From: an uncultured Bacteroidales bacterium
Lineage (GTDB): Bacteria; Bacteroidota; Bacteroidia; Bacteroidales; ML635J-15
Length of the DNA stretch: 64,000 nucleotides
NCBI GenBank assembly: GCA_937982115.1
Contig: CALJNE010000006.1
Location: forward strand, 515 to 64,514
Reading direction: 5' to 3'
In this document: positions 59,507 to 64,000 of the stretch, piece by piece
Layout of the letters: each line of letters starts with the position of its first letter
Position numbering within the stretch: the first letter of the stretch is position 1
Position numbers and translations under genes: made by a program
The notes under the pieces: model-generated
Told to the model about the DNA's origin: nothing
Seen by the model: the letters and a program-made list of their open reading frames with translations, nothing else
The model's database searches: none

Positions 59507-59872
59507 TTATTTTTTTAAATTATAAATTTTTGAATTCCACAAAGTATTTGCAACAGGTTTAATTGTTAATACCAAAGATTCCTGATCGTGCAAATCTTCA
59601 TTTAATTGAACAATTGCCATTGAAATTGCAGCAAAAACATCTTCATCAATATTATCAGTAGTTTCAATAACTTGTAAATTTTCAACCTGTTTATTGACAG
59701 TCTTTTTTGTTCTGGAAAATTTTATTTTGGTAATTTTATCAAATTGTAAGAATATAAAATAAAGTATTAACAAAACAAGAAAAACTACTCCGATTCCAAT
59801 CAAAAAAACAGTTAGTGCAATATCGTCAATGGCACTTATATCAAATGTAATAGCATTAAAAATCCCGTTCAT
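59507..59872 (-). CDS. mmdD: OadG family (delta) subunit
   Basis: TM GIGVVFLVLLIL, AAISMAI, HDQES..LTI..W.SKI; operon position. Confidence 0.85.
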   Translation of the reverse strand: MNGIFNAITFDISAIDDIALTVFLIGIGVVFLVLLILYFIFLQFDKITKIKFSRTKKTVNKQVENLQVIETTDNIDEDVFAAISMAIVQLNEDLHDQESLVLTIKPVANTLWNSKIYNLKK

Positions 59873-59883
59873 AGTTTTTAAAA

Positions 59884-61443
59884 TTATAAAGGAATATTAT
59901 TATGTTTTTTTGCCGGTCTTGTTTCGTTTTTAGAAGCAAGAGACGCTAATGCTCGAATAATTCTGAAGCGAGTGTATCGAGGTTCAATAACATCGTCAAT
60001 ATATCCGTATTTAGCAGCTTGATACGGATTTGCAAACTTTTCTCGGTATTCTGCTTCTTTTTCGGCAATATATTTAGCTTTTTCTTCTTCGTCCTTAATA
60101 GCAGCAAGTTCTTTATAATTAAGGATTTCGATAGCTCCAGCAGCACCCATTACGGCTATTTCGGCTGAAGGCCATGCATAATTCAAATCGCCTTTAAGTT
60201 GTTTACAACTCATAACGTCATGTGCACCACCATAAGATTTTCTGAGAGTTACAGTTACTTTTGGAACGGTTGCTTCACCATAAGCATACATCAACTTTGC
60301 ACCATTTGATATAATGCCTCCGTATTCCTGTGAACTTCCGGGTAAAAATCCCGGTACATCAACCAAAGTTACCAGAGGAATATTAAAAGCATCGCAAAAA
60401 CGAACAAAACGAGCAGCCTTTTTAGAAGCATCTATATCAAGTACACCTGCAAGGAAATTTGGTTGATTAGCAACAATACCAACAGCTTGCCCGTTAAATC
60501 TTGCAAATCCAACAACTATATTTTTTGCATAATATTTATGAACTTCTTCAAATTCGCCATTGTCAACTATAGTAGTTATGATATCCAACACATTATAAGG
60601 TTTGTTTGGATTATCAGGAATTATTGTATTCAAAACATCGTCAACTCTGTCAATAGGATCTGTACATTCAATAACAGGAGGATTTTCCATAAAGTTTTGA
60701 GGCATATAGGAAATAAGTCTCCTAATAGTTTTTAAAGTTTCAACTTCGTTTTCGCAAACAAAGTGAGCCACACCGGATTTTGAGGCATGAATCATAGGTC
60801 CGCCGAGATTTTCTACGCTAATGTCTTCACCTGTAACAGTTTTTGTTACTTTTGGACCAGTAACAAACATATAACTGATATTCTCAGCCATTAAGATAAA
60901 ATCTGTTAAAGCAGGAGAATAAACTGCACCGCCGGCACAAGGACCTAAAATAGCAGAAATTTGAGGAATTACTCCGGAAGCCTCAATGTTTCTTTGAAAT
61001 ATTTCAGCATAACCTGCAAGGCTCAATACACCTTCCTGAATTCTGGCGCCGCCGCTATCATTAAGCCCTATAACAGGAGTTCCCATTTTCATGGCCATAT
61101 CCATTACTTTGCAAATTTTCTTTGCATTAGTCTCAGATAATGACCCTCCTAAAACGGTAAAATCTTGAGAAAATACATAAACTAAACGCCCATCAATAGT
61201 ACCATAGCCTGTAACAACTCCATCACCTAAATATTGTTCTTTATCAAGCCCGAAATCGGTTTGGCGATGAGTAACGAACATATCCATTTCTTCGAAGCTG
61301 CCTTCGTCCAATAAAAGCTCTATTCGTTCTCTGGCCGTAAGTTTACCTTTTTCGTGCTGAGCATCAATACGTTTCTGACCACCGCCTAATCTGGCCTGGG
61401 CTCTCAATTCCACCAATTTTTTAATATTTCCTTCTGCTGCCAT
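59884..61443 (-). CDS. mmdA: Methylmalonyl-CoA decarboxylase alpha (carboxyltransferase) subunit
   Basis: [56 protein letters not shown]; co-located with mce and the beta subunit. Confidence 0.93.
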   Translation of the reverse strand: MAAEGNIKKLVELRAQARLGGGQKRIDAQHEKGKLTARERIELLLDEGSFEEMDMFVTHRQTDFGLDKEQYLGDGVVTGYGTIDGRLVYVFSQDFTVLGGSLSETNAKKICKVMDMAMKMGTPVIGLNDSGGARIQEGVLSLAGYAEIFQRNIEASGVIPQISAILGPCAGGAVYSPALTDFILMAENISYMFVTGPKVTKTVTGEDISVENLGGPMIHASKSGVAHFVCENEVETLKTIRRLISYMPQNFMENPPVIECTDPIDRVDDVLNTIIPDNPNKPYNVLDIITTIVDNGEFEEVHKYYAKNIVVGFARFNGQAVGIVANQPNFLAGVLDIDASKKAARFVRFCDAFNIPLVTLVDVPGFLPGSSQEYGGIISNGAKLMYAYGEATVPKVTVTLRKSYGGAHDVMSCKQLKGDLNYAWPSAEIAVMGAAGAIEILNYKELAAIKDEEEKAKYIAEKEAEYREKFANPYQAAKYGYIDDVIEPRYTRFRIIRALASLASKNETRPAKKHNNIPL

Positions 61444-61470
61444 TTTTGTTTGTGTAATTTATCTTAAACT

Positions 61471-61881
61471 TTATTCGGATTTATTTTCGCATATCTCGGT
61501 TAGCACTCCGAGAGTTGATTTCGGATGCAAAAATGCAATATGAAGTCCCTCAGCTCCCATACGTGGCTTCTGATCAATCATTTGAACACCTTTTGTTTGC
61601 AACTCTTCTATTGAAGATTCAATGTCTTTTACTGCAAAAGCAATATGATGAATACCCTCACCTCTTTTTTCAATAAATTTTGCAACAGGACTTTCAGGAT
61701 CTGTGGGCTCAAGTAATTCAATTTTGGTGTCACCAAGTTTAAAAAAAGCTGTTTTAACTTTCTGATCTTTTACTTCTTCGATTGCATAGCAAGATAATCC
61801 AAGAACATCCTCGTAATATTTTCTTGCAATTTCTATTGATTTTACAGCAATCCCAATGTGTTCGATATGTTTAATATTCAT
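61471..61881 (-). CDS. mce: Methylmalonyl-CoA epimerase
   Basis: [51 protein letters not shown] -7 box at 61898-61905. Confidence 0.96.
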   Translation of the reverse strand: MNIKHIEHIGIAVKSIEIARKYYEDVLGLSCYAIEEVKDQKVKTAFFKLGDTKIELLEPTDPESPVAKFIEKRGEGIHHIAFAVKDIESSIEELQTKGVQMIDQKPRMGAEGLHIAFLHPKSTLGVLTEICENKSE

Positions 61882-61975
61882 AAGTTTACATTTTTTGCAA
61901 AATTAGTAAGCTTTTCTATCATAAAAAAATAAATCGTCATTTAATAAAACATTTTTTATAACATATTTTTTCAGA

Positions 61976-61999
61976 CAACCAAAAATGATTAAATTCGTC
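61976..61999 (+). promoter_or_regulatory. Putative ECF-sigma-dependent (autoregulatory) promoter
   Basis: CAACC (61976-61980), 15 nt, then CGTC (61996-61999): an AAC-N16-CGT pattern directly upstream of the ECF gene. Confidence 0.55.
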
Positions 62000-62021
62000 A
62001 GGTGAAATGAAAATCATTTTT

Positions 62022-62609
62022 ATGGATTTGACCAACAAGGAGGTTGTTCAGGAAATTGTTGACGGTTGTTGCAGAGGCGATAGAAAATATCAACAAATAC
62101 TCTATAAGGAAACTTATGGAAAAATGCTTGGTGTTTGCCTCAGATATGCCTCCAGTAGAGAGGAGGCCAAAGATTTTATGCACGATGGTTATTTAAAAGT
62201 CTTCGAAAAAATCAAATTTTTTAAAAACACAGGTTCGATTGAAGGTTGGATAAGAAGGATAATTGTCAACAACATTATTGATACTATTAGAAAAAGAAAT
62301 AAAATTTCGTTTATAGACAACCCTGAAGAAAGTTTATCGTCAATAAAACAAGATGATGAAGAAAACCTTGAAATGCTAAATTTTGAACAAATAAATGCAG
62401 CAAGAATTATTGAACTTATACAGGAATTACCTCCTGCGTACAGAACAGTTTTTAACCTTTATGTAATTGAAAACTTCTCACATAAAGAAATAGCAGAAAT
62501 GCTCAATATTAACATAGGTACTTCAAAATCAAATTTATCGAAAGCTAAAGTTAAATTAAAGAAATTATTCATAGAAAAATACGGAAATATATATGAGCAA
62601 CTTGGATAA
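62022..62609 (+). CDS. ECF-type RNA polymerase sigma factor
   Basis: Region 2 (EAKDFMHDGYLKVF..GSIEGWIRRI) and region 4 (LPPAYRTVFNLYVIENFSHKEIAEML.I..GTSKSNLSKAK). Start is 62022 or 62007. Confidence 0.95.
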   Translation: MDLTNKEVVQEIVDGCCRGDRKYQQILYKETYGKMLGVCLRYASSREEAKDFMHDGYLKVFEKIKFFKNTGSIEGWIRRIIVNNIIDTIRKRNKISFIDNPEESLSSIKQDDEENLEMLNFEQINAARIIELIQELPPAYRTVFNLYVIENFSHKEIAEMLNINIGTSKSNLSKAKVKLKKLFIEKYGNIYEQLG

Positions 62610-63840
62610 ATTAAAAAATATTCTGCAAAATTATAAAGCAGAATATGATCATAATGATTGGATTAAACTAGAAAAGGATTTACCTAAACCATCTGGTAAT
62701 TTTCCTTTTCAGAAAGCAATAATTATTTCAGCCATAATTATTTCATCCATCACCGGTATAATATTATTAGTTAACCATATAAATAAATCCAAAAAAAATC
62801 TTAATCTCTCTGAAACAATTGTAAACAATGAAACTACTGAAAACAATATTGTTAATATTTCTCAGAATAATAGTTTTGATAACAATAATGAAATAAAATC
62901 AAATATAAATTCAGATTCAAATAATTCAACTACCCAAAACATTGTAAATAATGAAAAAGAAAACGTAAAAACAACAGAACCGGAAATTAAAGAGAAAAAT
63001 GAAAATATAATAATAAGTCCCAATAGCAATAAAAACTCAGAAATTCACAATACTACAAAAATCAATTCACTTCCGGATTTAAGTAATGTTAAATATGAAA
63101 TTAGTCTTTTAGATTCATGCGTTCCTGCAAAAATTAGATTTTCTGTTTACAATCTTCCCGAAGGATGCGTTGCAGAATGGAATACAGACGAAAACTACAG
63201 AATAAAAGGGAATAGTGTAACACATACATACTTAAAAAAAGGAGAATATTATCCCGAGCTCAATATTATTTATAATAATAATGTATTAGAAACATTCAAA
63301 TTGAATAAAATTTCGATATTCGACAAAACTAATGTAAAAATTAATTTTGACAATTCAAATAATTTATATTATTTTAGTAGCAGCATTGATAAAAGTAATA
63401 ATATATATTGGAGCATTGATAATCAGACATTTACGGATAATTCCGTGAGTTATGAATTTAAGAAAAGTGGAGATTATAGAGTGAAACTGACATTTATAAA
63501 TGAATTTGGGTGCAAATCAACGGCTGAGGAAACTGTCAATGTTCAGATAGAACATGTATATTTTGTACCTACAGCATTCATTCCAAACAGTAATGACATT
63601 AATTCTCAATTTGGTCCTATAGGCGAGAACATGGATTTTGTGCTGTATCAAATGGTAATACTCGACGGAAATGGTCAAACTGTTTTTATGTCAGATAAAC
63701 CAGAATATATGTGGAATGGAAAAGTTAATAATATCGGACCTGATGCGAAAACAGGAGTTTATCTCTGGGAAATCAAAACATTAGATAAATACGGAAATTT
63801 ACAGGTAAAAAAAGGAAGAGTTAATTTAATAAGAAATTAA
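62593..63840 (+). CDS. Membrane-anchored anti-sigma-like protein with PKD domains and T9SS type B (gliding-motility-associated) C-terminal domain
   Basis: Overlaps the sigma gene by 17 nt. Short N-terminal YKAEY..DW..LEK.L domain, one TM, Asn-rich linker, two PKD-like domains (THTY..KGEY; YEF..SGDY.VKL...NEFGC), CTD VPTAFIPN..IN..F..WNGK..GVY.W..KKGRVNLIR. Confidence 0.82.
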   Translation: MSNLDKLKNILQNYKAEYDHNDWIKLEKDLPKPSGNFPFQKAIIISAIIISSITGIILLVNHINKSKKNLNLSETIVNNETTENNIVNISQNNSFDNNNEIKSNINSDSNNSTTQNIVNNEKENVKTTEPEIKEKNENIIISPNSNKNSEIHNTTKINSLPDLSNVKYEISLLDSCVPAKIRFSVYNLPEGCVAEWNTDENYRIKGNSVTHTYLKKGEYYPELNIIYNNNVLETFKLNKISIFDKTNVKINFDNSNNLYYFSSSIDKSNNIYWSIDNQTFTDNSVSYEFKKSGDYRVKLTFINEFGCKSTAEETVNVQIEHVYFVPTAFIPNSNDINSQFGPIGENMDFVLYQMVILDGNGQTVFMSDKPEYMWNGKVNNIGPDAKTGVYLWEIKTLDKYGNLQVKKGRVNLIRN

Positions 63841-63852
63841 AACAACAAAGAT

Positions 63853-64000
63853 ATGAAGAAGATTTTTGGAGTAATAGCTTTTATAATTTTGTTTTGCGGA
63901 ACAATTTTTTCGCAAACCGGTAAATTAGAATTTACTCATATTAAACCAATAGCAGGAGGTTATACTGTTTATTTTCACGTAAAAGACATAAAGGATGATT
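63853..64000 (+). CDS. Exported hypothetical protein, truncated by the window edge
   Basis: ATG 63853, MKKIFGVIAFIILFCGTIFS-QTGK... signal peptide; open to the window end; 12 bp after the previous stop. Confidence 0.7.
   Translation, partial: MKKIFGVIAFIILFCGTIFSQTGKLEFTHIKPIAGGYTVYFHVKDIKDD

Noticed and set aside
59145-59525. 126-aa + strand ORF opposite mmdC
   Set aside because: Antisense shadow of a conserved gene; Ser/Phe/Leu-rich composition expected from reverse-complemented Lys/Glu codons.
944-62183. The remaining 60-95 aa ORFs nested in or antisense to long genes
   Set aside because: All overlap confidently assigned CDSs and lack motifs or independent expression signals.
62780-63080. 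Asn-rich AAT/AAC low-complexity DNA as a tandem repeat or foreign insert
   Set aside because: No fixed repeat unit; explained as the coding linker of the anti-sigma-like protein.

Overview
This is AT-rich (roughly 30% GC by eye), gene-dense core chromosome of an anaerobic Bacteroidota, most likely Bacteroidales-like. The assignment rests on a SusC/SusD pair, type IX secretion (T9SS) C-terminal signals, BatD/BatE, TAnnTTTG -7 promoter boxes and a general lack of Shine-Dalgarno motifs. Housekeeping content includes aroC, cstA, an OstA-like gene, a MoxR ATPase, rmuC, rsmD, RecD-like and RecQ helicases, an AddB-like nuclease, guaB, a SurA/PPIase operon and serA. A sodium-bioenergetics block holds apbE, nqrA-F and the methylmalonyl-CoA epimerase/decarboxylase operon. 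I saw no rRNA, tRNA, CRISPR array, prophage or intact IS. The best leads, all hypotheses from motif reading without database searches, are: (1) an ECF sigma factor whose membrane-anchored anti-sigma-like partner ends in a T9SS type B sorting domain; (2) a Na+-decarboxylase beta subunit with an extra exported domain; (3) a pilin-like protein beside an actin-fold DUF3822 protein; (4) a catalytic-domain-less IS1595/IS1-like Zn-ribbon-HTH gene under a host promoter; (5) a Rex-like palindrome upstream of nqrA; (6) a TerB-like/ABCG-type transporter fusion; (7) an AroC with a His-to-Gln change in its RPGHAD motif; (8) a small family of REP-like hairpins.
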